64,000 bases of DNA from Mobula hypostoma. Its lineage: Eukaryota. The notes beneath the pieces are model-generated. The model did no database searches. It was given only the letters and a program-made list of their open reading frames with translations, and had not been told where the DNA came from. Location of the stretch: the NCBI RefSeq assembly GCF_963921235.1, contig NC_086097.1:216258001-216322000 (forward strand). Direction: 5' to 3'. Shown one piece after another: positions 12,961 to 25,215 of the stretch. The translations under genes and the position numbers were made by a program. Every line of letters begins with the position of its first letter. Positions within the stretch are counted from its first letter, which is position 1.

Positions 12961-13926
12961 GCCTCGCTGAACATTTGCCAGTCAGTGTGCTCAAAGCATC
13001 AAAGGAGGATGAATGGAGAAGGGAATCACAGAGAGCGCAATTCATGTGGAAAACGGAAAGGAGGTAAAGATATGTTTAGTGGTAGCATCTCTCTGAAGAT
13101 GGTGGAAATTGCGGAAGATGATGTATTGGATGCAGAAGCTGATGGGGTTGTAGATAAGGACAAGAGGAACTCTATCACTGCTAAGATGGCAGGAAGATGG
13201 GGTGAGCACGGATGTCTAGGAAATGGAGGGGACGAGGGTGAGGGCAGCATCAATAGTGGCGGGGGGGGGGGAGAGGAAACCTCCATCTTTAAAGAAGGAG
13301 GAAATCTCTGATATCCTTGAATGGAAAGCCATGTCTTGGAACAGATGCGGCGGAGGCAAAGGAACTGAGAAAAGGGAATAGCATTTTTACAGGAGACAGG
13401 TGGGAAGAGGTAATCGAGAGAACCGTGGGAATCAGGAGGTTTATAAGTGATGTTGGATGACATTTTGTCTCCAGAGATGGAGACAGAGAAATCAGTAAAG
13501 GGATGGAATGTGTCAGAGATGGACCAAGTGAATTTAAGGGCAGGGAGGAAGTTAGAGGCAAAGTTGATAAAATTGACGCAGCATGAAGCAGCAACAATAC
13601 AGTCATCAATGTAGCGGAGGAAGAGCTGGGGATTATAACTGGGGAAGTCTTTGAACATGGACTGTTCTATGTAGCCAAGGAAGGGGCTGGCATAGCTGAG
13701 GCCCATGGCTACGCCTCAAGTTTGGAGAAGGTGGGAGGAGCCGAAAGGAAGATTGTTCAGGGTGAGGACAGAGGAGGGTGGTGGTGGAGGGGGATTGGTT
13801 GGTGGTGTTGGGTGGGAGCTCTCATTTGTAGATGTATCGAGGGCAGAAGTGTCACGGATGTTAGTGGGATGGATGTAATCGGGAGGTGTGAAGTTTCTAT
13901 GTAGCTTCAAAAGAAAGCATTGTCTA

Positions 13927-14716
13927 TAGTGGTAGTCATACTTTATTGATCCCGGGGGAAATTGGTTTTCATTACAGTTGCACCCTAAATAATAAATAGT
14001 AATAGAATCATAAATAGTTAAATAGTAATATGTAAATTATGCCAGTAAATTATGAAATAATTCCAGGACCAGCCTATCGGCTCAGGGTGTCTGACCCTCC
14101 AAGGGAGGAGTTGTGAAGTTTGATGGCCACAGGCAGCAATGACTTCCTATGATGCTCTGTGTTGCATCTCGGTGGAATGAGTCTCTGGCTGAATGTACTC
14201 CTGTGCCCACCCAGTACATTATGTAGTGGATGGGAGACATTGACCAAGATGGCATGCAACATGGACAGCATCCTCTTTTCAGACACCACCGTGAGAGAGT
14301 CCAGTTCCATCCCCACAACATCACTGGCCTTACGAATGCGTTTGTTGATTCTGTTGGTGTCTGCTACCCTCAGCCTGCTGCCCCAGCACACAACAGCAAA
14401 CATGAAAACTCTGGCCACCACAGACTCGTAGAACATCCTCAGCATCGTCCGGCAGATGTTAAAGGACCTCAGTCTCCTCAGGAAATGGAGACAGCTCTGA
14501 CCCTTCTTGTAGATAGCCTCAGTGTTCTTTGACCAGTCCAGTTTATTGTCAATTCATATCCCCAGATATCTGTAATCCTCCACCATGTCCACACTGACCC
14601 CCTGGATGGAAGCAGGGGTCACCAGTGCCTTAGCTCTCCTCAGGTCTACCACCAGCTCCTTAGTCTTTTCCACATTAAGCTGCAGATAATTCTGCTCACA
14701 CCATGTGACAAAGTTT
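13927..14716 (-). mobile_element. Rex1/Babar-type LINE 3' fragment (family B)
   Basis: ORF fragments NYLQLNVEKTKELVVDLRR and MLRMFYESVVA..VCWG..SHPLH. 3' end is cccccgggatcaataaagtatgact. Homologous to 21671-22276 and 47975-48454. Confidence 0.85.
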
Positions 14717-14886
14717 TGTAAATATGGAACTGTTTGTGTGGCAAATAAATATCGAGCCCCACGTTGGGCAGCAGACCTTTCTACCGAAAGGGTCTCCGTA
14801 TGCCTTCTGTACCTTGTTTTGTCAAATAAAGAAGCTGTTTTGTATCTACCAGTAACTCTCTCTCCAGTGATTTCAATCACGCAACA
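14717..14886 (+). mobile_element. Possible LTR-like fragment
   Basis: Starts tgtaa, ends gcaaca, and has AATAAA about 60 bp from its 3' end. No TSD seen. Confidence 0.3.
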
Positions 14887-14889
14887 TCA

Positions 14890-16028
14890 AGCAGTGTCAC
14901 AGATGTAGGTGGGTATGAGTAGTGTCACGGATGTAGGTGGGTATGAGTAGTGTCACGGATGTAGGTGGGCATGAGCAGTGTCACAGATGTAGGTGGGCAT
15001 GAGTAGTGTCACAGATATAGGTGGGTATGAGTAGTGTCACAGATGTAGGTGGGCATGAGTAGTGTCACAGATGTAGGTGGGTATGAGTAGTGTCACAGAT
15101 GTAGGTGGGTATGAGCAGTGTCACAGATGTAGGTGGGTATGAGTAGTGTCACAGATGTAGGTGGGTATGAGCAGTGTCACAGATGTAGGTGGGTATGAGC
15201 AGTGTCACAGATATAGGTGGGTATGAGCAGTGTCACAGATGTAGGTGGGCATGAGCAGTGTCACAGATATAGGTGGGTATGAGTAGTGTCACGGATGTAG
15301 GTGGGTATGAGCAGTGTCACAGATGTAGGTGGGTATGAGCAGTGTCACGGATATAGGTGGGTATGAGCAGTGTCACAGATGTAGGTGGGTATGAGTAGTG
15401 TCACAGATGTAGGTGGGCATGAGTAGTGTCACAGATATAGGTGGGTATGAGCAGTGTCACAGATGTAGGTGGGCATGAGCAGTGTCACAGATGTAGGTGG
15501 GTATGAGCAGTGTCACAGATGTAGGTGGGTATGAGTAGTGTCACAGATGTAGGTGGGTATGAGCAGTGTCACAGATGTAGGTGGGTATGAGCAGTGTCAC
15601 AGATGTAGGTGGGCATGAGCAGTGTCACGGATGTAGGTGGGTATGAGTAGTGTCACAGATATAGGTGGGCATGAGCAGTGTCACAGATGTAGGTGGGTAT
15701 GAGTAGTGTCACAGATGTAGGTGGGTATGAGTAGTGTCACGGATGTAGGTGGGTATGAGCAGTGTCACAGATGTAGGTGGGTATGAGTAGTGTCACGGAT
15801 ATAGGTGGGCATGCGTAGTGTCACAGATATAGGTGGGTATGAGCAGTGTCACAGATGTAGGTGGGTATGAGCAGTGTCACAGATATAGGTGGGCATGCGT
15901 AGTGTCACAGATATAGGTGGGCATGAGCAGTGTCACAGATGTAGGTGGGTATGAGTAGTGTCACAGATGTAGGTGGGCATGAGCAGTGTCACAGATGTAG
16001 GTGGGTATGAGTAGTGTCACGGATGTAG
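14890..16028. repeat. 28-bp minisatellite, about 40.7 copies
   Basis: Head-to-tail unit agYagtgtcacRgatRtaggtgggYatg with no spacers. Confidence 0.98.
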
Positions 16029-16613
16029 TTTGTACTGTGCTGATTATTCCAATTTCACCAGTTTAAGTTATTTGTTGATTGCTGCATTGGTACTTAATGA
16101 TTCTATAAGAACAATGATAAATTCTCATACTCCATTTGTAACAGTATGGTGTTATACTCTCTCCATGTAATTATGGGAACAGACAAGGGGAAAAGTAAGG
16201 TGAAAACGAGATGTAGAAATGGCTCAGAACAGGTGAGATAATTAGCATCCTGATTCAACAATGTTGGCATTAGTACTGCTTCGGGCGAGAACTGCAATTG
16301 AAACAAAGAACATACATTTTGAAACCACTTAACAGCCTGAGATTATTAATTTTCCACACTATGCTATAAAAAATATATTACTTTTTAAATGAAGATCAGT
16401 GAGACTAAAATGAGTGAGACTTGACAGATTTGATACTGTGTTCTTGCAAAATTAAAGTTAATCAGGGAAACTTTCACACCTCAGCATACAGCTTAAAATT
16501 TGTCATAACGTGTGCATGTATGGAAACAGACTGGAAGTGTATCAGTCCCCTGGAGTTCTGCAAATGCTCCAATTCAGCGTACAGATGACATGCATTAAAG
16601 CAACTTATTGACT

Positions 16614-16788
16614 AACACACATAAAATGCCGGAGGAACTCAGCAGGTCAGGCAGCATCTATGCAGGGGAATATATAGTCAACACTTTGGGGCAAAACTCT
16701 TCATTGGGTCTTGGCCCAAAACGCTGACATTTTGTGCGTGTGTGTGTTGCTCTAGATTTCCAGCATCTCCAGAATCTCTTATGTTTAG
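16614..16788. mobile_element. Short palindromic PLE-derived element
   Basis: Two inverted pLTR-type arms, the right one partly deleted. Flanked by attgact (16607-16613 and 16792-16798). Confidence 0.7.
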
Positions 16789-19167
16789 AACATTGACTGA
16801 GTTACAAAATAATAACCACTGTATTTAATGGCTTTATGTATCCTTGTTGCTTTGGATAGCATCTGAGTAAAGATCTTATGTATACATGTATGTATGGTTT
16901 AAAATAGTTAGTAATATAAGACAATATGTAAGAGGGTAGAAATTGGATTAAAATGTTTTTAATTTATTTATAAATTAAAAACATTCACATTATAATTCAT
17001 GGCTTAATTAATATTAATATTTTTGTTTAATACAAGAACTCCACTTCCACTGCATCTTACAGTTTATATCTAATACGGTGACAACATGACACTAAAATTG
17101 TTATTTTTCGTGTTACATACTAGAGCTGGATTTCATTATTAAATAATAAAAAACAGCTGTAACAATAATTGAAATAATAGATACTGTTGATTATTTTAAT
17201 ATGATTTCTTGGAATTGATCAGATTTCAAAATATTCTCAACAACTGAAAGCCAGAGTCACTACAAAGGGCAGTACAACATGTACTGCAGAGATGACCTTG
17301 GGGATAAAAGGTCTCAGTAATGAGCCTTTATCAATAAGAAAATTGCTTCACATAATCATTCCACATTACAGGATGTGTTGCAGATGCCAGTGAAACATTT
17401 TTTTAAAGAGTTTATGCTAGAGGCCAATATATTATTTTTATAGCTGCCATTTATGGCAACAAGGCAAATTATTTGGGTTTTATTGTTTGTATTGACAGTT
17501 ATTGAGTAATATTATTCTCAGTATTAGTTATCATCACATTAGCTAGTAAATTGGCCTATTGTGTATGAAACTGCCATTAATTACTTAGCTAAAAAAGAAA
17601 AATCCCCCGAAAGTAATTTTTTATCACAGTATAATTTTTATGCCTAATACTTCCTAAAGTATAGAAAACAATCTTATTTATTGACACAGCTATGGGAGCC
17701 GTTATTTGATGTTTATACTCTTTATTTCTCTTTATGATTACTTACCACAGCCTCCTTGTCCCTCACCATAAAGGTTCACATTTTCTAATAACGGCTCATA
17801 GCATTTCATGAATAATGTGATCTTAGTCGCCACTTCAGTGTCAACAAATGCTTCAGATTAATGCACATAATCTCAGCCTGCCTGATGGTATAGTTCCAGC
17901 TATGCTAGTCAGTGCTCCATTAGAATGAGTGACATCTGATTCTATGAGCCAGTCACAACAGAGCCACCTTATTGCTGCAATGCCACAATGTACATGACAA
18001 TGTCAGCAGTGGTGAATGACATTCAGCAATTTGTTACTCTTTAAATTGTGCTTAATCTTTCATCCTAAACTGTGTACATGTGTGACTTTAAGTAGGCTAT
18101 CACAACAAGTACCCGGTAATGCTATAGCACATGGAGTATGACAGAAGGTAAATTGCTTGTCAAGAGGCCTGTATTTCAATTCGAAGCATATTCCTTCTAC
18201 TCTGCAAACATCTTCCTATGAAACCTCTTCTGAACAGCTGCTTTCAATGCTAACTATTTTTGATTTAAATGTCAATAAAGCTCCAAGCCCTTTCAGGTTT
18301 TTGGCAGAGAATTGCATAGGCTGTACTTCTTTCTCTATGCTTGCTGGCAGGTTGAGTTCTATTTACCTAATCCTAGGAGCATGCCCTGTAATAATTATCA
18401 TCTCAAGAGACTGTTTACAGTGATAGAAAATGCTGATCAGGACAATAGGATGCTGAATTTCATTTCTGGATTACTGTGACAGGTGACTGCAGTTGTAAAT
18501 ACGAATCCCTCTGGAGGATTCAAGCAGTTTGTAGCAGACCAACAGCTGTGAAAATGTTATCTTGTGAAGCACATAAGAAGACAGAATGTCTAAAATGCTG
18601 AGGTATTTAGCTCCCACTTAAACAAAAGAAGGTATGTCTCCTTTTTCTCTGTTAACCAGAGCAAATTTAGCAAGCTATCAATTGCTTGCTGATGCTTGAA
18701 GGTGTTTGAACCTGCTAACATAAAGTTTTATTTTCATTAAGGTGTATTTTCAATAATGATGACTGGAAATATTACAGAAATGGCAGGTCAGTCAGTATTT
18801 GTTAAAAGAAAAAAAATGGCCGACATTCTGGAGCCAAGAGGCTTTCGCAAACTGGAGGCTTGCAGCATTTTTGTTTTGTTCTCTTACATCACCCAAATCT
18901 GAGATTATAACCTCTGTATAGACAAATTGGTGCATGATCATTAGTTTATATTTAAATATCACAAAATGTAGGTTTAGTTCTTCCCTAATGGTGGAAGACA
19001 GCATATGATTATGGAGCTGATAAAACACCTATATAGACTAATTGGTTTCTTCTCACCTGGAATGATGTGCCCAATTGTTGACTCCATTTTGTGGAAACCT
19101 GACAAGACCTTCAACAGGTTGCAGAGGAGGTTAACTACACTAGGGCCAGAACAAGATACTTACTTGA

Positions 19168-19393
19168 AGTCATAAAGTGCTGGAGGAACTCAGCAGGTCA
19201 GGCAGCATCAATGGAGAATAGTAAAAAATCTGACATTTCTGACTGAGACCCTTCATCAGGACAGAATTTGATCTTGGCCGAAAACATTGAATCTTTATTC
19301 CTCTCCGTAGATGCTGCCTGACCTGCTGAGTTCCTCCAGCATTTTATTTGTGTTGCTCTGGATTTCCAGCATCTGCAGAATCTCTTGTGTTTA
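19168..19393. mobile_element. Short palindromic PLE-derived element
   Basis: tgctggaggaactcagcaggtcaggcagcatc and gatgctgcctgacctgctgagttcctccagca are exact inverted arms. Decayed hammerhead halves lie in the centre. Confidence 0.8.
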
Positions 19394-20223
19394 GGAGAAA
19401 TTAACTTTATTCTCCTTCAAGAAATGGTTTAAGGAAAGATTAAAAAGGAGGTGCATTAAAAATTCTGATAACTTTTACTTCAGTACCTAGGATCCTCAAA
19501 GGGAAGTTACTAGAGTGCTTCAGATTAAAGGCAATAGGGAAAAGAACCAGAGATAAGATTTTTTTCGATGTAATTCATATATACCACAGATTGCTGTGAT
19601 TTGGTATGCAATGTCCAAAAGAGTGACTTCATAAACTGAATCAGTAATAAGTTTCAGATTGGAACTGCATGAATTCTTGACAATAAACTTCCATCAGAGA
19701 TGTTGGGAAAGAATAAGAAAAAGTAACTAATTCAACAAATCTTACACAAAACCAGCACAGGTACAGGCACATGAGCCTCTACTGTTGTCATTCAATTACC
19801 CCAATGTATCTATCAACAATCTCAAGAATATTGCTGCCCCAACTCTAACTACCTTATTTAGAACATATTTAAGCATGTGGCTTTACAGTTTATTATATTT
19901 TGACACATACAACACAGCGCCATCTGGCGTACACGCAGGTGAGAAAGATGCCGTTTATATGGAAAGGGTGTGAAATTTCTCCAACAGATTTTCTGTATCA
20001 AAATGTTTGACTAATCATGGCTCTCTAGTGTTCAAATGTATGAAAAGGAATAAGAAAAGACGTACAGTTTTTTGACCTGAATCTCCTTTGCTCAGGTAGG
20101 CCAGGTTTTATTAGTGCGCAAGGCCGAGTCTGCATTGTCCTGGTGACAGCAGAAATTACATTCAGATAAGGATTAAGGCTTCCTGCACCTCTGCACATCA
20201 GGAACAACTCAACTATTTTGTTA

Positions 20224-20345
20224 GCACAAGAGATCCTGCAGATGCCGGAAATCCAGAGCAACAGGAAAATAAAATGCTGGAGGAACTCAGCAGGTCAGCC
20301 AACATCTATGGAAGGGAGTGAACAGTTAGCAATTCAGGCTGAAAG
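20224..20345 (-). mobile_element. PLE-derived single arm
   Basis: cacaagagatcctgcagatgccggaaatccagagc...tgctggaggaactcagcaggtcag. Confidence 0.65.
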
Positions 20346-20412
20346 GACATAATTCTATCCAATCAATTTTGCTGATCATTAAAGGCATAAAGCCTTACAC
20401 CTCTTGCATGTA

Positions 20413-20594
20413 ATACATGAATGTATATGGTGTATAAAATATATAAATGTATATGGTGAATAAGATATATGAATGTATGTGGTGAATAAAATATATGAAT
20501 GTATATGGTGTATAAAATACATTAACGTATATGCTGAATAAGATATATGAATGTATACGGTGTATAAAATATATGACTGTATATGGTGAATAAA
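20413..20594. repeat. 26-bp AT-rich minisatellite, about 7 copies
   Basis: Unit is approximately atatatgaatgtatatggtgWataaR. Confidence 0.9.
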
Positions 20595-21670
20595 GCTGAT
20601 CTTGTGCTGGGGAAACACTTGTTCTGTGCACTCAGAAAGTACCAAACAGATCAAGGATCTGATAAAACATGTTAATTTTGCAACCTTCGAAAACATGTTA
20701 ATCATGTAAACATGCTTCCTGTAAGATTATTTCACGTACGGTCAGAACGGCCTCTCTGGGTCGAAGCAAAGATGTATTTGTTCGTCCTTTGCGTCTTTTT
20801 TTCTCAATTGTAAGACAGTGCTGATATTAAGAACCTCAGATACTGCGGGTCTACACCATAAACGAGTTGCTTGATAACGATGGAGCTGGACTTGTTGCAC
20901 ACCATGTTGGCTTCTGGATTTGTTGGGTACTGTTGTGCAGAGGCAGGGTGCAGTCCAAAAAACAGTGCAAATGATTGTGTTGGATGTTTTAATTGTGACC
21001 ACAAGTTCCTATTGGACATTGGTAATGTTGAATACTGCAAGTTCAGTTCACTGGTTCACTGGTTCACTGGTGAGACCGATGGTGGGGAGCTGCATTGCCT
21101 TCATACTGGGTTGGGGGATGGCTTTCCCCATCAGTGCTGCCCTCAGTGTCCACTTGGTGGAAGACAACATTCTATGCACCATCAGTCACCTTCAAGGCCA
21201 TGCCACTCAGAGGCTTGGGCTATGTTACTTTTCCATTATACAGTTTTTCTGCTAGCATTACTATATGTGCTGTGTGCTGTTGGTAATGTGTTTTGCTCCT
21301 TGGCCCTGGAGGAACACTGTCTCATTTGTATTCATGTGTATGGTTGAATGACAATTAAACTTGAACTGAATGAAGTCTGGGCTTAATAATGCAATTTCAG
21401 TGTCCAGCTAGTCATGTTGAGATTAGTTCCCATCAATAGCAAGTGCTGACTATTGCCTCGCTCAGCTTGGATCACTTTCCCTTAAGAGAATGTAGTTGTA
21501 CTAAGTAGCTATTTTTATTTTGTTTAGTTTCATGGTCTCTATGGGTTTTTGTATTACTGTTTTCTGCCTTTTTAAAAATATGACCCATATGCCATCCATA
21601 ACTATTCACTGAGAGAGGAAGAACAGAGCTCTCCCCAGCAGGATATATACTTACTGCTTAGACTACTTTT

Positions 21671-22276
21671 CAAAGAACACTGAGGCTGTCTACAAGAAGG
21701 GTCAGAGCCGTCTCTATTTCTTGAGGAGACTGAGGTCCTTTAACATCTGCCGGACGATGCTGAGGATGTTCTACGAGTCTATGGTGGCCGGTGCTGTCAT
21801 GCTTGCTGTTGTGTGTTGGGGCAGCAGGCTGAGGGTAGCAGACACCAACAGAATCAACAAACTCATTCGTAAGGCCAGTGATGATGTAGGGATGGAACTG
21901 GACTCTCTGACGGTGGTGTCTGAAAAGAGGATGCTGTCTAAGTTGCATGCCATCTTGGTCAATGTCTCCCATCCACTACATAATGTACTGGGTGGGCACA
22001 GGAGTACATTCAGCCAGAGACTCATTCCACCAAGATGCAACATGGAGCATCATAGGAAGTCATTCCTGCCTGTGGCCATCAAACTTTACAACTCCTCCCT
22101 TGGAGGGTCAGACACCCTGAGGCAATAGGCTGGTCCTGGACTTATTTCATAATTTACTGGCATAACTTACATATTACTATTTAACTATTTATGGTTCTAT
22201 TACTATTTATTATTTCTGGTGCAACTGTAACGAAAACCAATTTCCCCCGGGATCAATAAAGTATGACTATGACTAT
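21671..22276 (+). mobile_element. Rex1/Babar-type LINE 3' fragment (family B)
   Basis: ORF 21721-22128 begins LRRLRSFNICRTMLRMFYES. Tail is aataaagtatgactatgactat. Confidence 0.88.
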
Positions 22277-23167
22277 ATCTAATGTCTTTAGAGGAAAGAA
22301 TGAAGGATCAAAAGAGTTTTGAAATAATCAGCTATCTTGAATGCTCAAAATTATTGCAATCTAATGTATCTTTGCATTAGTTAGATAGCCAAAGTACAGT
22401 ATACACTGGGACACCATATAGTTTACAGCATCCTTCATGGCTTATCCTTACTGACGAAGAGTTTTACCTAACTGATCAATCATCATGATTGTTGAAGGCC
22501 CAACATTTTCTTTGCAAAATAAGGCTTAATATATATTTCTTCTGCTTTTCTTCTGCAGAAGTATATATGCCTCAGACCAAATACTACGGTAGAACACAAA
22601 GTAAGAGAAAACTTAGCTTACTGGCTGAAAATAGAAATGAAATAAGTCTAGACACAAGAATAGTTCATAAATAATCTTTCTTGGCTACATTACCTAACTA
22701 AACATCCGTATTTTTTCATCAGGATGAAAGAAACAAATGAGACTTCATCATTAAACACTAGAGCTCAGGTGTGAGAATAGATTCCCACGTTCCTTTAATC
22801 CTAAAGTGTCCAAAAGCTGCCAACAGTAATCTGCTGTTTATATCCTTTACCCTTTCAATTAGATCTCCAGTGTAAATATACCCACTGTCTCTGCAAAGCA
22901 ACCAGCAGAATCAAAGATCCCACCCACCCAACACTCTCTCTTCTCCCCCTTTCCATCGGCCGGAAAGCATGAACTACTAGGCTAAAGGTAGCCTCTGTCC
23001 TATTGTTATAAACGAATATTGAAAGTTTCTCTAGCAGGATAAGATGTTGCAATGAACTGATGTGTATGAACAGCTTGCAAGACAATTTTTTCTCTCCACC
23101 TCAGTTTATGTGACAATAATAAACCTACTTACTAATTTATCGTATTGTCACAATGAGTGACAACTTG

Positions 23168-23614
23168 AGAAACTCAGTTACAGAGAAAGGCTGAATAGCT
23201 TAGGACTTTATTCCCTGGAGCGTAGAAGAATGAGGGGAGATTTGATAGAGGTATATAAAATTATGATGGGTATAGATAGAGTGAATGCAAGCAGGCTTTT
23301 TCCACTGAGGCAAGGGGAGAAAAAAACCAGAGGACATGGGTTAAGGGTGAGGGGGGAAAAGTTTAAAGGGAACATTAGCAGGGGCTTCTTCACACAGAGA
23401 GTGGTGGGAGTATGGAATGACCTGCCAGACAAGGTGGTAAATGCAGGTTCTTTTTTAACATTTAAGAATAAATTGGACAGATACGTGGATGGGAGGTGTA
23501 TGGCGGGATATGGTCCGTGTGCAGGTCAGTGGGACTAGGCAGAAAATGGTTCGGCACAGCCAAAAAGGGCCAAAAGGCCTGATTCTGTGCTGTAGTTTTT
23601 CTATGGTTTCTATG
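23168..23614 (+). mobile_element. CR1 3' fragment (same family as 53581-55876)
   Basis: ORF 23230-23538 reads RGDLIEVYKIM..TRGH..FFTQRVV. Tail is tttctatggtttctatg. Confidence 0.9.
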
Positions 23615-23624
23615 GAGTGATACA

Positions 23625-24680
23625 GTCATAGAGTCATAGAAAAGTACAGCACAGAAACAGGCCCTTAAGCCCATCTAGTCAGTGCCGAACCATTTAAACT
23701 GCCTACTCCCACCAACCTGCGCTGGGACCACAGACTTCCATACCCCTACCATCCATGTACCTATCCAAAAATCACTTACAGTGCCTACAAAAAGTATTCA
23801 ACCCTCCTCCGGAAGTTTTCATGTTTTATAGCTTTACAACATTGAATCACAGTAGACTTAATTTGGCTTTTTTTGACACCGATCAACAGAGAAAGACTCC
23901 TTTGTGTTAAAATAAAAATAGATCTCTACAAAGTGATCTAAATTAATTACAAATATAAAACACAAAATAATTGATTGCGTAAGTATTCAACCCCTTCAAG
24001 TCAGTATTTAGCAGATGCACTTTTGACAGCAATTACAGCATTGAGTCTGTGTGGATATGTCTCAATCAGCTTTACACATCTGGACACTATATTCTTGATG
24101 ATTGACTTAACTGTACTCCAAGGGATATTCAGTGACCTGGAAATATTCTTGTATCCATCTCCTGACTTGTGCTTTTCAAATTACCTTTCTCATGGAGTTG
24201 CTTGGAGTGTTATTTTGTCTTCCTGGTGTTGTATTTGCCAGGACACTGACTCACCAGCAGTTGGATCTTCCAGATACAGGTGTATTTTTACGACAGTCAA
24301 TTGAAACACCTTGACTGCACACAGGTCTCCAAAACCAGATCTCTATTTAACTAATCATGTGACTTTTAAAACCAATTGACTGCACCAGTGATGGTTTGGT
24401 GTGTCAAATTAAAGGGTGGTGGATACCTATGCAATCAATTATTTTTTGCTTTATATTTGTAATTAATTTAGATCACTTTGTAGAGATCTGTCTTCACTTT
24501 GCCTCGAAAGTCCTTTTCTGTTGAACTGTGTTAAAAAAGCCAAATTAAATTCACTGTAATTCAATGTAGTAAAACAACAAAACCTGAAAACTTTCAAGGG
24601 GGCCAATACTTTTCGTAGGCTCCGTAAATGTTGAAATTGAGCTTGCATGCACCACTTGTGCTGGCAGCTCGTTCCACACT
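23625..24680 (-). mobile_element. CR1 3' fragment split by a Tc1-like insertion
   Basis: Tail gtcatagagtcatagaaaagtacagcacag. The CR1-like sequence stops at 23778 and resumes after 24626 (aatgttgaaattgagc..gctcgttccacact). Confidence 0.7.
23779..24624. mobile_element. Non-autonomous Tc1/mariner element with long IR/DR-type TIRs
   Basis: TA|cagtgcctac...gtaggctccg|TA. About 210-bp inverted repeats (e.g. agatctctacaaagtgatctaaattaattacaaatataaa and its reverse complement) with the internal direct repeat aagtattcaaccc. No transposase ORF. Confidence 0.88.
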
Positions 24681-24910
24681 GTGTTGTTTTGTGCCATGTG
24701 CTAATAAAGGAGATATGGTCAATTTAGCAAATTATTGTGAGAAACTGCAAGTTGACTATTCAGCTGTATATTATTCATGGTACAACTGAGTTATAAGAGT
24801 CCACTTGAAGTAAATCTCGACGGCTCAGCTGGAAGAGTGGAGAACTGTAATGGCAGAGTCCAAGAAATCTGAGGTCACTGATTTGATTCCAGCTTGAAGG
24901 ACAACTTTTA

Positions 24911-25215
24911 GGCAGCGTGGAGGTTAGCACAATTACTTTACAGTACCAGCGATCACCTCAGGGTTTGATTCCCTCTGCCGTCTGAAAGGAGTTTGCTAGT
25001 TCTCTCCATGACTGTGTGGGTTTCCTCAGGGTGCTCTGGTTTCCTCCCACATTCTGAAGGCACATAGTTAGGGTTAATGAGTAATGGGGATGCTATGTTG
25101 GAGACAAAAGCATGGAAACACACGCAGGCTTCCCCCAGCACATCGCAACTGATGACGCAAATTGACACATTTCACTCTTGTTTCGATGTACATGTGACAA
25201 ATAAAGCTGATCTTT
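24911..25215 (+). mobile_element. V-SINE-like SINE with a Rex1-type tail
   Basis: tRNA-like head, V-domain-like tgtgtgggtttcctcagggtgctctggtttcctcccaca, and 3' end catgtgacaaataaagctgatcttt. Confidence 0.7.

Larger units (their letters stand above)
10724..13885 (-). mobile_element. Penelope-like element, degenerate (RT, GIY-YIG and pLTR), interrupted by a Rex1-type LINE
   Basis: RT motifs MGLSYASPFLGYIEQ, FLRYIDDC and LKFTWS (ORF 13026-13706); PTNIRDT (ORF 13716-13910); GIY-YIG C-terminus (ORF 11098-11337); pLTR with hammerhead motif near 10825-10861. Confidence 0.85.

Noticed and set aside
14890..16028. CRISPR array
   Set aside because: Units are contiguous with no unique spacers, there are no cas genes, and the context is vertebrate.
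17746..17860. Possible minus-strand exon ending at G|GTAAGT
   Set aside because: Short open frame with no convincing acceptor or homology that I can recognise.
20379..20705. His/Tyr/Ile-rich repetitive ORFs
   Set aside because: These are translations of the 26-bp minisatellite.
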